The translations under genes were made by a program, and so were the position numbers. DNA of 63,949 bases, the filler included, from Ionaspis alba (lineage: Eukaryota), in NCBI GenBank assembly GCA_964255285.1. It is 3 parts of 3 records of this genome, joined end to end, with 100 filler letters (N's around TTAATTAATTAA, not from the genome) between each part and the next. Parts side by side here need not be neighbours in the genome. Positions count along the whole stretch, not along the records: positions 22,661 to 45,187 come from CAXUUL010000205.1; 2 more parts are not named here. One strand, 5' to 3'. Of this stretch, positions 33,816 to 45,287 are shown piece after piece. The notes beneath the pieces were generated by a model. The model made no database searches. It saw only the letters and a list, made by a program, of their open reading frames with translations, and was not told the DNA's origin. How positions within the stretch are numbered: the stretch's first letter is position 1; the number at the start of each line of letters is the position of its first letter.

Positions 33816-36569
33816 TTACACATCCCTAACCGTCCCCGCCCCACCACCCGCTCTCTGACCCTCCGTCCCACCCCTCAAATTCAAACTGCCAATCCTCTGC
33901 ACCAAATTACTCCCCACCGCATCTACCGCACCCATGGGTTTCATCAGACTCGGTCCCTTCGCAGCCTCCTTCTCGACCTTGAATAACCGAATCGCCGTGC
34001 TATTCCAGACCCCTACTGTGCCTTTCTGCACCGTCATCTCGGACGCGAAAATGAAGCTCCAGAGTAAGGACTCGTACCAGCCGAGGGAGAGGGGAGACCA
34101 TTCGAAGAGATGGATACGCGGTGGTGAAGGATCAATGGACGAAGGGAGTGTTCTAGGCGGTGTGGTGGTATCGGTGCTGGAGAGGAGGGTGAGTATTGTG
34201 TGTAAAGGTAGAGAAGGGAGCCAAGAATCAATCTGCATCTCAATTAGCGGAAAGCTCATACTCCATTCACAAGGAATAAAATGACATACCCATTGAGGCG
34301 AAGGCGTAAACCCTGGACTCGAAGCCGTCATAGCCGCAGTGTGACTACTCATACTCGACATACTATTCACCCGCGAAAACGACAATTGACCCGCCGGCAT
34401 CTTACCTCTTGCTTTCTCGGACATGCCGCGCAATTGCATGGGCACAGCGTCGTCGACCGAAGAGATAGAAGGCGTTCGGGAATGGTGGTTCGAAGGTGAG
34501 GAATGCGATGGTGTGGCTTGCATGTTGTGTTCATCTTCGGAATCCTCGTCTTCGCCGATTGCGAAAGCCCCGCCCTCTTCTGGGACGTTACTGAGAGAGG
34601 GTGATCGAGCGCTGGATGGGCTGCGGAGACTGTCCATTGAGCTTGTGTGAGCGCCTCGAAGCGGGCTGGAGATGTTGCTTGATGATTCTGCGGCTTCCTT
34701 CCGGACTTGGTTGAGCCGCTCGATTTCTTCTTGGCCGCTTTCTAGGGTGAAGGAGCGTAAGGCTTCGAATCTTTTCCGTGATTTGAGAACGCCGTAGAGG
34801 AATTTAGGATTCTCTGTCTTACTGTTAGCAGATGCATTTGCCTTCTTTTGAAGTTCTCGCAATGCTGACTTTCATATCTGTGCTCTATGATGGCGTTCAT
34901 AGACTCCAGTAGAGAGTTGAGAAGAGTATGGTTTGTTTCGTTCGCAAGGAGAAAAGATGGCGATGACATTGAGGCGAAGAGCTGTAAGAGTTTATACGAA
35001 GCCAGAGGGCTGAGATTGTCTATATATGCAGCGATGTTGTTGATGATGGCCAGGAGAGCAGGGTATATGGCATCCAATTTGCCTTTGCTTCCCGTGATAA
35101 GCGTGTGTATGGACTGCTCTTGTCAGGTATCTCGAACATCGGCCCGGAGCGGGAGTACTCACATAAATTAGAAAATCCGCGTAAGTGCCTTCGAAGTTGT
35201 CTATTCTGATTGAGGCAGGCAAGGTCTCTTGACGCTCAAACTTTTTGTTCAAACCACTCCCAAAGTTGTCTTCCACGCTGAGCGTTTGCAGCACAAAGAC
35301 GCACATTCGCACTATGCCTTGCTTGGCCGGATCTAACCTGTATTCTAATGCGTAGAACAGTACAAGTATGATGAAATCATGGCCTCGCTCGGTATCAACA
35401 ATAAAGGATCGAAATCGCTTGTTGCATTGAATGGTTTCCCAGAAGAGCATGATCATTTCTGGAGCCCACCTCAATGGTTTTTGACTACCGGGCAGATATG
35501 ATGAGGTAACAGATAGCGGTTGATGTAATATCCGGCTCATGCCGTCAACGATGAATTGAAAGTCCTGGGGCCGATGAAGTCTGCCCAAGAAGTGGCGGAA
35601 ATAGTTCTTGGGCGGAGGTCCGCGACCTTCTGGTATTGGATAAAGAATCAAGACTAGTAGGAACTGTAGGCAATACGCCACGTAGAGCTGCTTTGGATCT
35701 CCAATGACGACATGGTCATAGGGCAAGCGCCAGCTAGCCGGATTATATTTCAGGGTAGTGTTCAGTAACGAGCACAGTGTTGACAGAACAACCTGTTTGT
35801 CCGGACAAGTTGCGAGGTATGTGATGGCTTTCACTCCTTTGACAGGAAGAAGGTTGGCAGACATATACATGGATTTGCTCGTCATCGTAAGCAGCAACCG
35901 TAATATCTCGGTCCGATTGCTCTCTAATTCTTTGTTCGAGCTCATCGGTGTGTTGCAGCCGACGCCGCTGGACCAAATCGAGTAGCTGACCTTAAGTTTT
36001 GACCGGTCGTTATAGGGTAGTGTGAATCCATGGAAGAAAAGTAGATCGACGAGAGTGTCCAAAAGCTCCTCAGCCAGTGGCTTAACGTCCTCAAAATCAT
36101 CTTCTGGCTGTTCTGTTGACTCGTTCTCTGGATGGGCCTCGTCGAACAATACTTCAGACTTGCTCAACTGCGCCTTTCTCGTCCTCTTCCTCCGAACGCC
36201 CCAAAAGAACTTCTCCTCCCATTCTTCTAGGTTTTCTGCTTCGTAGACAAACGGCAAGACTCGCGTAAGAATGCGGATGCAGTTGAGCGCATCCTTTTCA
36301 GGTGCTATTTCTGGATCTGGAAACGATGGATGATGTCGAAGTATGAAGAGGCGCGATGTGAGGGCTAGTAAAAGGGTCTCGAGGTTCAGTAACGAGGTAT
36401 CGCGTGTCCGTCGTATGTCTATGGGTGAGAAGAGGCTGAAGACATCTTCGGTTGATTCGGGGAGCTCCCAGAAGCCCGTCCAGTATGGGTCGTCAGCAGG
36501 TATGACTCTAGGTTCTGAGAGCTTGAAGATGCCTTGCTTGAAGACCAGCTTGGAGTCTGAAGCACCCAT
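33816..36569 (-). CDS. HID1: HID-1/Ecm30 family Golgi protein
   Basis: MGASDSKLVFKQGIFKL (myristoylation-type MG start), KNYFRHFLGRLHRPQDFQF, MSEKARGKMP, GVWNSTAIRLF; 3 introns, including in-frame 34233-34289. Confidence 0.9.
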
Positions 36570-36983
36570 GATGTAGGATTGCGCACGCCGATATGACGTG
36601 AGGAAGTTCATATCATTGGTGCATAGTGAAGGTGTCCTGATTATTTGGTGTGACGTTTGGAGCTGTTTAACCCCGGATTTTGGCAGGGCTGAACTTGTAC
36701 AACATACTGTTAGGCTTCAACCTTCGTAGCCATACATCCCTGGTTTGACGACCCTAAAAGCTGCAAGAATTAACCGAAGAGGCACATGTATACTGTAACC
36801 TGGCTAACCATATATTGGAAGTTCTTTTTGAGGTCTTTACTTGACCACTCCGGCTAACCAGTAGACTAATTTGGGCTCACGACCTTCCAGGTGATTGTCT
36901 AAGGCAACACCTTCACACTTTTATTTTCATCGGAAGGCTCAACGTTTTCTCCCACAATCTGCTGATACACCTAGTACCCAGCC

Positions 36984-37780
36984 ATGTCATCTCAAGACCT
37001 CTCGCGAACAGCTCTGCTCCTCATCGACATCCAAGCAGGCTTCGAACATCCTACATACTGGGGTCTGCAGCGCTCCAATATCCACTTCGAGTCAAATATT
37101 CGCAATCTTCTCAGCACCTTNNNNNNNNNNNNNNNNNNNNNNNNNNNNNNNNNNNNNNNNNNNNNNNNNNNNNNNNNNNNNNNNNNNNNNNNNNNNNNNN
37201 NNNNNNNNNNNNNNNNNNNNTGCAGCGCTCCAATATCCACTTCGAGTCAAATATTCGCAATCTTCTCAGCACCTTCCGTGAGCTGAGTGATGTCCCCAGC
37301 CTCGCCACAGACACCAGTTCGCAAGGTCCTCATATTGTTCATGTCAAGCACGCATCAAGTTCCCCTGCCTCCCCTCTCGTCACCGGAAAGCCCGGTCATG
37401 AGTTCCATGCGTGCGCAAAACCTAGGCCCTCTGAAGTCGTCATCACCAAGACCGCGCATTCGGGATTTATCGGAACGAATCTAGAAGAGGTCATCCGATC
37501 CCTTCACGTCAACACGCTCTATATTGGAGGATTGGTCACTGATCACTGCGTCAGCACCACAACGCGCATGGCGAAAGATCTAGGAGTGACCGATTCGGTG
37601 GATCCAGAGGGCAATGTCGTGAAAGGCAGGGTAGTGCTGATTGGAGATGCCACTGCGACCTGGGAGAAGGGCAAGTTCGATGCGGAGACCGTGCATGCAG
37701 TGCACGTTGAGAGTCTGAAGGAGGAATTCTGTGAAGTCTTGGAGACGTTCCAGGTGGTACGGGAGGTGAAAGGTAGTTGA
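36984..37780 (+). CDS. Isochorismatase-family cysteine hydrolase
   Basis: TALLLIDIQAGF...VITKTAHSGF...GLVTDHCVSTTTR (D-K-C triad); the frame is continuous after removing the 55-bp gap duplicate. Confidence 0.9.
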
Positions 37781-38033
37781 TGCCGGTTCTATCCCCGATT
37801 CAGGTATTGGAGCTCGCAGAAGTGAGTGGTGCCCTAGTGGGTTTCGTGAGTGGCCTAGACCTAGGACCGTTCCTGTTTGCTTTAGCTGGTCAATCCATGT
37901 TTCGCTTAAACTGGTTTGAAATCATTCAGCCCACAAGATGAATCTGAAAATTGAGGTCTGTTTCAAGGCGCGGGATGTGCCTATATTGAGCCTTGATCTT
38001 TATATACACGCTAAGCACCAAGCTCCTTGCACA

Positions 38034-38904
38034 TCATGAGTAGATACTCCGGCTACCAGAACTCGACCTCCCTCTTTCGTATAGCCACCGGCTATTCAAT
38101 GGCACACTGACTCCTTTGCCGGAAGACGGACTTGGTGTGCTCGGCGCAAAGACGCTCATATCCTTTCCACTTCCTTTTTGTCCCAGCGGAGATGGGATCC
38201 CATAGCTGTGTCTCCTGCCATCTCTCGTTCCTCCCATAGACTTCTGCCACAAAGGGCTTCCAGACGGGGAGAAAGAAGAATCGCTCGCTTGCCTTCCCCC
38301 AGTCATCGGACTTCCTTTACGGGACATGGGTGAGCCTGCGTTACTGCTACTTCGACTATTCGGTGTACCACTTCTAGGTGTTGCGGAACGGGGATATCGA
38401 GGCGGTGTGACATATTGAGTTCCTGGTGTTGCTGGATGTGTTGCGTTAGGATCTAGACCCAGTAGAGAGCGTTGCGATGGTGTAAGAGGAATGTCGATCA
38501 GGTCGTCTTTCCGTCGAGTGAGGGGTACACAAGCACCTAGTATGTTCCAGCAGAGAAGCATACGGACCAGCCATATAGGCCAGCCGTCACCGAAATAATA
38601 GATTGGGAGGACAAGGGAATGTAGAGTTGGGCTGTAAAAATCAGCATACTGCTCATAACAATGTAAGAGCAAGATTCGAGGATACTCACAATGAGGCTGT
38701 ATACCATTTGGGACCCCATGTCGCGATTAGAGCTCCGGCATTCCATATTATCCTCCAAAGATTTCGGTCGTCGAATCGTTTAGCTGTTTGGCGTCGTGCT
38801 ATCTCGTCGAATCTTGGGTGTCGCCATGTTCCGGGGGATGGAGTAGCGGGCGGAGGCTGTAATGTTTGAGTGGCTGGTGTCGAAGGTACTATCGAAGAAG
38901 ACAT
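38034..38904 (-). CDS. POM34: Nuclear pore membrane component Pom34-like (NPCC)
   Basis: TPSPGTWRHPRFDEIARRQ...F, two hydrophobic segments, DDLIDIPLTPSQRSLLGL, S/P-rich tail ending LNSRWLYE; one intron ~38631-38689. Confidence 0.8.
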
Positions 38905-39566
38905 CAGACGGGGAGAAGCTTGCGCGTTGCAATGCCAATAAAAAAGTCCAGGTGAAGTCCGAGCTGGTGTGATTGCTCAAAATCTGGAACTCAATACACA
39001 CGACTTCTTCAGCACACTGTAATGAGCACGTTAGCCATCGTAGAACCTGTAGGTTAGTAAGAGTCAGTGTCGAGATAAATGTGAGGCTGTCATACTTTAA
39101 TTGTCTTTGATGTTGACAATGGAGGCTGTCTTGGCATATGAAAAAAGTATTACCGGCTCCGAACTCACTCGACCAATCACCCACGCAACAACGCTTTCAA
39201 CTAATCCATTTCGTCGGCCAAGGTAAGGGCAAGGGTAAATCGCGCGACTGGTCGCTCGTAACTCAACTTCGATTCGTTTTGCCCGTGATTGTGGCAGAGC
39301 CTGTGGTGCAATCCCGCGACATTCGAGACTAAAGCTCGAGAAGCTGGGGGCCAGAGTGTGAAAACCCCGGTTAGGACATTGGCATGGACTTTAATTTTGA
39401 TGAGCGTTCTGCTATATCTTCTCTGTATTCTATTCTCGACCCTCAACTAGGTAGATGCTGCATATCATATTCCAATGGGCACTAGCGTTTCAAATTGCAC
39501 ATAAAACAGAGTGTCGTCTCTGTACTCTGAGAATATTAAATGTAGATAGTGGCCAAGTCAAGCTTG

Positions 39567-39576
39567 GTCACGTGAC
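39567..39576. promoter_or_regulatory. Palindromic GTCACGTGAC (Cbf1/bHLH E-box) in the POM34-TAF6 divergent promoter
   Basis: Perfect 10-bp palindrome matching the CDEI/Cbf1 consensus. Confidence 0.5.
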
Positions 39577-40148
39577 GCAAAGCGGTGCCCACCCTAGGCT
39601 CCAGCAGGGGTGAACCCGGCAGATTTTACTGATTTTGGCGCGATGTTTGCGGTTATAGGGCTGTTTCAANNNNNNNNNNNNNNNNNNNNNNNNNNNNNNN
39701 NNNNNNNNNNNNNNNNNNNNNNNNNNNNNNNNNNNNNNNNNNNNNNNNNNNNNNNNNNNNNNNNNNNNNCCCGGCAGATTTTACTGATTTTGGCGCGATG
39801 TTTGCGGTTATAGGGCTGTTTCAACCTCAAGAACATTCAACACCACTTCATCTTTCGAAGCTTCGATCTATGAGGACGTCTTTGAGGCTTTTGATCTTCT
39901 TGAGTGACTTCAGCATTGATCTCCGAGAGCCAACCTTGCCAGCCTGTTTCTCCTGGCAAATCCCTCTGGAAATGTGAACAATTCGGCTTCTTGCTTTGGA
40001 GTTTTATAAGGCATCTAAGCTGGTCATCACACAAGAAATGTTTCAGTTTCTCTTCTCTAGTTGAGATCTTTTTGTTCAACTTGAAGGTTCTTCCAGCCCT
40101 TATCGGTCGCCTTGAAAGGATTTATGGGTATTCAGCCACTCCGACAAT

Positions 40149-41537
40149 ATGTCTGTCTGGAATCCAGACAACATCCGAGATGTTGCCGAATCGGTCGGCA
40201 TATCTGCACTTAACGATGAAGTTTTGGCAGCCCTGTCATCAGATGTCGAATATCGACTATCTCAAGTCCTGGAAGAGGCTTTAAGGTTCATGCGCCATAG
40301 TCGAAGAAATACGCTATCGACCCAAGACATCACTCAAGCACTACGAAGATTGGACGTTGAGCCACTCTACGGCTATGAATCGACAAGACCTTTGAAGTTC
40401 GGAGAAGCTTCGATAGGGCCTGGTCAACCGCTCTTCTATGTCGAAGACGAGGAGGTGGACTTTGAGAAATTGATCAATGCACCACTACCGAAAGTACCTC
40501 GCGAAATTGCATTCACTGGTAAGGCAAACAACTGAGACCAAAATTTTAAATAGATCTTGAGTTGACAATCTCCAGCACATTGGCTCGCCGTCGAAGGCGT
40601 CCAACCCTCGATTCCGCAGAACCCCACAGCCGCCGATTCCCGAAACCAGGAACTCGTACCTAAGGGCCAAGGTGCCAACCCCAATCTCGCAGCCATAAGC
40701 GGCAACGACAACGTGACGGTGAAGCCGCAAGTCAAGCACATCCTCTCGAAAGAACTCCAACTCTACTTCGAAAAAGTATGCTCCGCACTACTCGACGAAT
40801 CAAACGACGAGTATCGGATTGCAGCCTTGGCCTCCCTTCGGAGCGACCCAGGTCTGCACCAATTAGTACCTTACTTCGTGCAATATATTGCCGAAAAAGT
40901 CACACATAATCTCAGGAACCTTTTCGTCCTCACCCAGATGATGCAACTCACTTCTGCTATGCTGGACAACACCAGCCTCTACGTCGACCCCTACATAGCC
41001 TCCATCGTGCCCCCAGTTCTGACATGCCTCGTCTCTCCTCGTCTCGGCTCATCTTCAAATCGCCTAGAGCACTATCCTCTTCGCTCTCTTGCTGCTTCAT
41101 TACTTGGCCTCATAGCGAAGAAGTACGCCAAGTCTTCGCACACCCTCAAACCACGCCTCGCACGCACATGCCTAAAGCACTTTCTCGACCCTAACAAACC
41201 CTTCGCAGTTCACTACGGCGCGATTCTGGGTCTTCAAGCCGTTGGTGGGCGAGAAGCTGTGCGTGTGCTCATAATCCCAAATCTCAAGCTTTACGGCGAG
41301 CTTCTGCAAGAGGGCATGAGCAGCGGGTCGCCGGCCAAGGAGGATGCGGAGATGGCGATTGGAGCTGTACTGGGCGTCTTGCAGAGTCTGGAAGATGATG
41401 TGGTAGCGTTGACGAATGGACATTCGGGAGTGGAGGCCAAGGAGGGACGGCTGGTGGAGAGGATTGGAGAGCTGCTGGCGAGGAGGGTGATGGCGACCGG
41501 GAGACCGAAGCTGGTAGATGCAATCCTGGAATCTTGA
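40149..41537 (+). CDS. TAF6: TFIID/SAGA subunit Taf6
   Basis: [18 protein letters not shown]...DVEYRL histone fold, [47 protein letters not shown]; one intron ~40519-40575. Confidence 0.97.
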
Positions 41538-41838
41538 GGCTCTGCGAGGAGAAGACAGTGGATCGTTGGTGTTATGGACGTGGTTGGTGGCGTTACAAAG
41601 GAGGTCTTTGACAGATATCGTTCTACTATTGTGATTAGGCATGCAAGGACTAGATGCATTGGTTAAGGTCTCTAAAATATCATGGGTGGTAATGCTTTCT
41701 TCATACCAAAATGGAAGCTCTTTGCTAGCGCTCACCACTTTCGAAAGAACAAATTTATGGGTATCTCGTCTCGGTCTATCCAACGCCATGTTGATGCATC
41801 CTTGACACGCTCAGTAAATCTTGACTATTGTATCATCG

Positions 41839-43054
41839 TCATACCACAGCCCCAACACTGACTGCCGATCCATCCTCGATCGTCTTTACCACCTGCACCG
41901 CAATGTCCTCAAAGAAAGGACACAGCGAGCAGCTCCGATACTTATCAACCAACAGTCCCTCCTCTCTTTCCACTCTCCTCCCACCCAACCCATCATCACC
42001 TTCTCCCACCGTCGCACCACCATCTTCGTCCTCTCCCTGCCCATCACCCTCTAGCTCTGCCTTGGCATACACCGGTCTCCTCCCTTCTTCCACGAGAGTG
42101 CCCCACAACGCATCGATTGGCACACCTCCCAAGAACCTAACCCCAAACTCCCTTGCCATGACCTCCCCACCCCCCTTCGAGAAAATATTCGAGCTCACAC
42201 CACAACACGGACAAACATATCCGCTCATATTCTCCACTACCCCCAAAACCTTCACTCCTGTCTTCCCGCAAAAGTTCAGCTCCTTTCTGACATCACTGAT
42301 CGCAACAGCCTGTGGCGTAGTAACGATAACAGCTCCAGCGAGATTAGGTTTCCGCGACCCACTACCATTCGTGCCGTTGGCATGGGCCGGGGTGGAGATA
42401 TCCTTCAGAAGAGTTTCGACGAGTGAGATGTGTTCGTCAGAAGTCCCTGGTGGGGTGTCGATGAGCAGGTAATCTGTAGGGGGCCAGAGGACGTCGGTCA
42501 GGAATTGACGGACCATGGCTGTTTTCTTGGGACCTCGCCAAACTATGGCAGAGGAGCGGGTGGCGAGGAGGAAGGCGAGGGACATGGCGTGGAGGGAACC
42601 GATCTTGCGGGATTCTTCGGGAAGAGCGGAATTTGGTAATGGTGATGTGGCAGAGTGTGCTTCCGTGCCATTGGTTGTGCCATTCGTGTTAAGCGATGTG
42701 GCTGTGGTACTGTTGCTGGAGTCGGCAGATGGTATTGGATAGGTTGGTATTGGAGCAGGAGGGAGGATCTGAGACGGATGTACTTCGACGGGGAGCCATC
42801 CTCCGGGAGCTTGTCGTACTTTTGCGTTTTCGATTCCTAGGAGGCGAGGAATCGATGGTCCAGTGAGGTCGATGTCGAGGATGCCGACGCTGTGCCCGGC
42901 AAGGGACAGAGACAGGGCTAGTTGCGTTGTGATGGAGGATTTGCCTACGCCTCCTTTACCGGAGAGGACCTTAACAAAGAAAAGTCAATTTTTGAGCTTG
43001 AGAACAAGGGGAGGAAAGTACCAAGATGATATTATCGACGTTGGAAAGTGACAT
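41839..43054 (-). CDS. CFD1: Cytosolic Fe-S cluster assembly P-loop NTPase Cfd1
   Basis: [69 protein letters not shown]; lacks the N-terminal Cys cluster of Nbp35. Confidence 0.93.
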
Positions 43055-43481
43055 GGTATTCTGTTCATGAGTGTGCTGTTATAATTCATGGCATATCTAG
43101 CGGAACAGGAGCGCTTTCTCTAATTATACAGTGCCAGTCCTGAAGAGCATCTTTGATATTATTCAATTACCAATCACCGGCTGCTGCTAATTGCGTCATG
43201 CTTCACTGTCCGCCATGTTTTGCGGCTAAGTGCGGCTAGCAGCTCCCCGATAGGCTCTAGAACTGCTGAGCCGTCGTCTAAGCCTGGCAAGCTATGCGAA
43301 GCGCTGGTGTCAGGCTAATCACCCCCTATAACATTGATTCGGCTTACAACTCGTGACAACGATGCGGCGGTGTTGCGGGGCGAAGTGCGGGAGCTGAAAA
43401 GTCCCAGCTTCTTTATATTATGTGACTCTGTCCCTGCCATTGTGTAGGGGTTTCAAAGCATCTCATAGGAAACGCTCCGCC

Positions 43482-44065
43482 ATGTCGATTTTTCGGAAAA
43501 AGAGCCAGGCCCCTGCAGAGGTCAACTCTATTGCTCCGTCTCAAGCAGATACTCTTATCAACGAGGTAGTTCCACAGTCGGCTACTGGTCAAGATCAAGC
43601 GCCTTACAAGCCTTCGGGAATACTGAACTCAGAAATCACCTTCGGTGATAATTACGTACAGCACCTGCCCCACAACTTCAGAGACGATACGATTATTCCC
43701 GTGCCTGTTTCTCTACGGGTTGAGGAAGATGTGCCACAGTAAGCTTCGTATCTTCCTCCGCCAATCTCTTTCTCTCTTTCTGGTTGCCTTCGTCTAGTAA
43801 TGCGTCTAACATTTATATTTGAAGAAAGAAAAAGGGCAGCTTCCTTAGCAGAATCAAGAGCTCGAGCAAGCAAACTCCCTTCAAAGTAGTTAGGATGCCC
43901 CGTGCGGAGTATTTGCGCTATTTTGCAAAGGACAAGCAGAATAACTACATCGGCACTGAACCGCAGAGAACGTGGTCGGAAGCGGAGCTGGACGAGCACT
44001 TTGGACAGTATCAGAATCTACCGCCTACACAGTGGGTGGTAAACGTTCCGTCTGGGTTGAGCTGA
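43482..44065 (+). CDS. Small two-exon hypothetical protein
   Basis: Intron GTAAGC(43739)…CTAAC…AAG(43824); exon 2 reads KKKGSFLSRIK…VVRMPRAEYLRYFAKDKQNNYIGTEPQRTWSEAELDEHFGQY…LS*. Confidence 0.7.
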
Positions 44066-44761
44066 GGAGACTCTGGAGGTTCCATATGCATTTCCTCATG
44101 GTTTCATTGTTGGCTCCTTCCAAGCTTTGTTGTTTACCACACTACGATACCTTTAGATCACAAGCTATCCTGATGTTCAATGCGCTTGATGAGTAAGAAC
44201 AAGTCGAAATATCGAGGACTCACGTCCTTTGTGCTGTACAAGTCCCCCGAGTGTCACGTTTCCGATTGGTTCGTGCCTGGAGGTTTGGCCATCCATAGCT
44301 CGTTGCTAGTTGATTATTTTGCTCACCAATTCACCACGGGATTCAAGCCATGACACTTGTTTTTGTCCCACGAGCTGCTGTACACTAGACGTCACCCCAC
44401 GTTTCGAATATATTGATGGAACCTCCAACTCGGAATGCGCAAGCTCCCTTTCGCATCTTTCTGGAATGATTGGCTTTCTACTCCACGCGAGCGGTTTATT
44501 ACACCACGAGGATTGATGTTTCCGGGTACATACAGAACACGAGGAAATGCCATGATACACACCGGTGCCACATTACGGAAACAGGGCATTCCCACTTGTG
44601 TCAAAAAGCCAACCCTACCCTCCCGACTACGCTCAGACGTAGCGATTCAAGGAGATAGTCATTGATCGCACGGTGCCATTTGACTTCAAACACATCAGGA
44701 CCTCAATCACTTTCCCGTTCGGAAAGTAATCCCATTCACAAGAGCATCTTCGCGCTCCATC

Positions 44762-45175
44762 ATGCAATTCACTTTGATTTCCCTCATTGCTATGGCGTCC
44801 CCTTTCCTCCCCGTTGCGACCGCCTGGGACTTCGCTGCCTACGCTCAGGACGCACAACACTGCAACGTGGAAAACGAAACCTTCGAATACGCCTGGTACT
44901 TTGGCAGCGGGCACAGTGATTGCCATGTAATTGGCAATCCAGGTGAAGACTGCGTCTGGTTCACAAATCGTGGAATCACTTCAGGCTCTTGCAAACATCC
45001 CATGCATCCAACGCCTGGATCTTATGCCTGGAGTTCGGGAAGCATTTGCTCGGTATTTTTCGATGATCCAACCTGCTCGACTAATGACAATGCAATTCAA
45101 GGTCCTCAGTGCTGGGGGCTTCAACCTGATGTTGCGGATGTTGGTGATATCTACTTTATGTGTAAGGATGCTTGA
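44762..45175 (+). CDS. Small secreted cysteine-rich protein (137 aa, 8 Cys)
   Basis: Hydrophobic N-terminus ending in A-T-A signal-peptidase site; 8 Cys in the mature part; intronless. Confidence 0.8.
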   Translation: MQFTLISLIAMASPFLPVATAWDFAAYAQDAQHCNVENETFEYAWYFGSGHSDCHVIGNPGEDCVWFTNRGITSGSCKHPMHPTPGSYAWSSGSICSVFFDDPTCSTNDNAIQGPQCWGLQPDVADVGDIYFMCKDA

Positions 45176-45187
45176 AAGTGTGGGGCG

Positions 45188-45287
45188 NNNNNNNNNNNNN
45201 NNNNNNNNNNNNNNNNNNNNNNNNNNNNNNNTTAATTAATTAANNNNNNNNNNNNNNNNNNNNNNNNNNNNNNNNNNNNNNNNNNNN
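45188..45287. other. Artificial contig linker
   Basis: TTAATTAATTAA at 45232-45243 between N runs. Confidence 0.95.

Noticed and set aside
36984..37780. Frameshifted isochorismatase pseudogene
   Set aside because: The break is due to the duplicated-overlap gap; the catalytic triad and frame are intact.
17586..41537. TAF14 and TAF6 as a TFIID gene cluster
   Set aside because: They lie on different contigs separated by an artificial linker.
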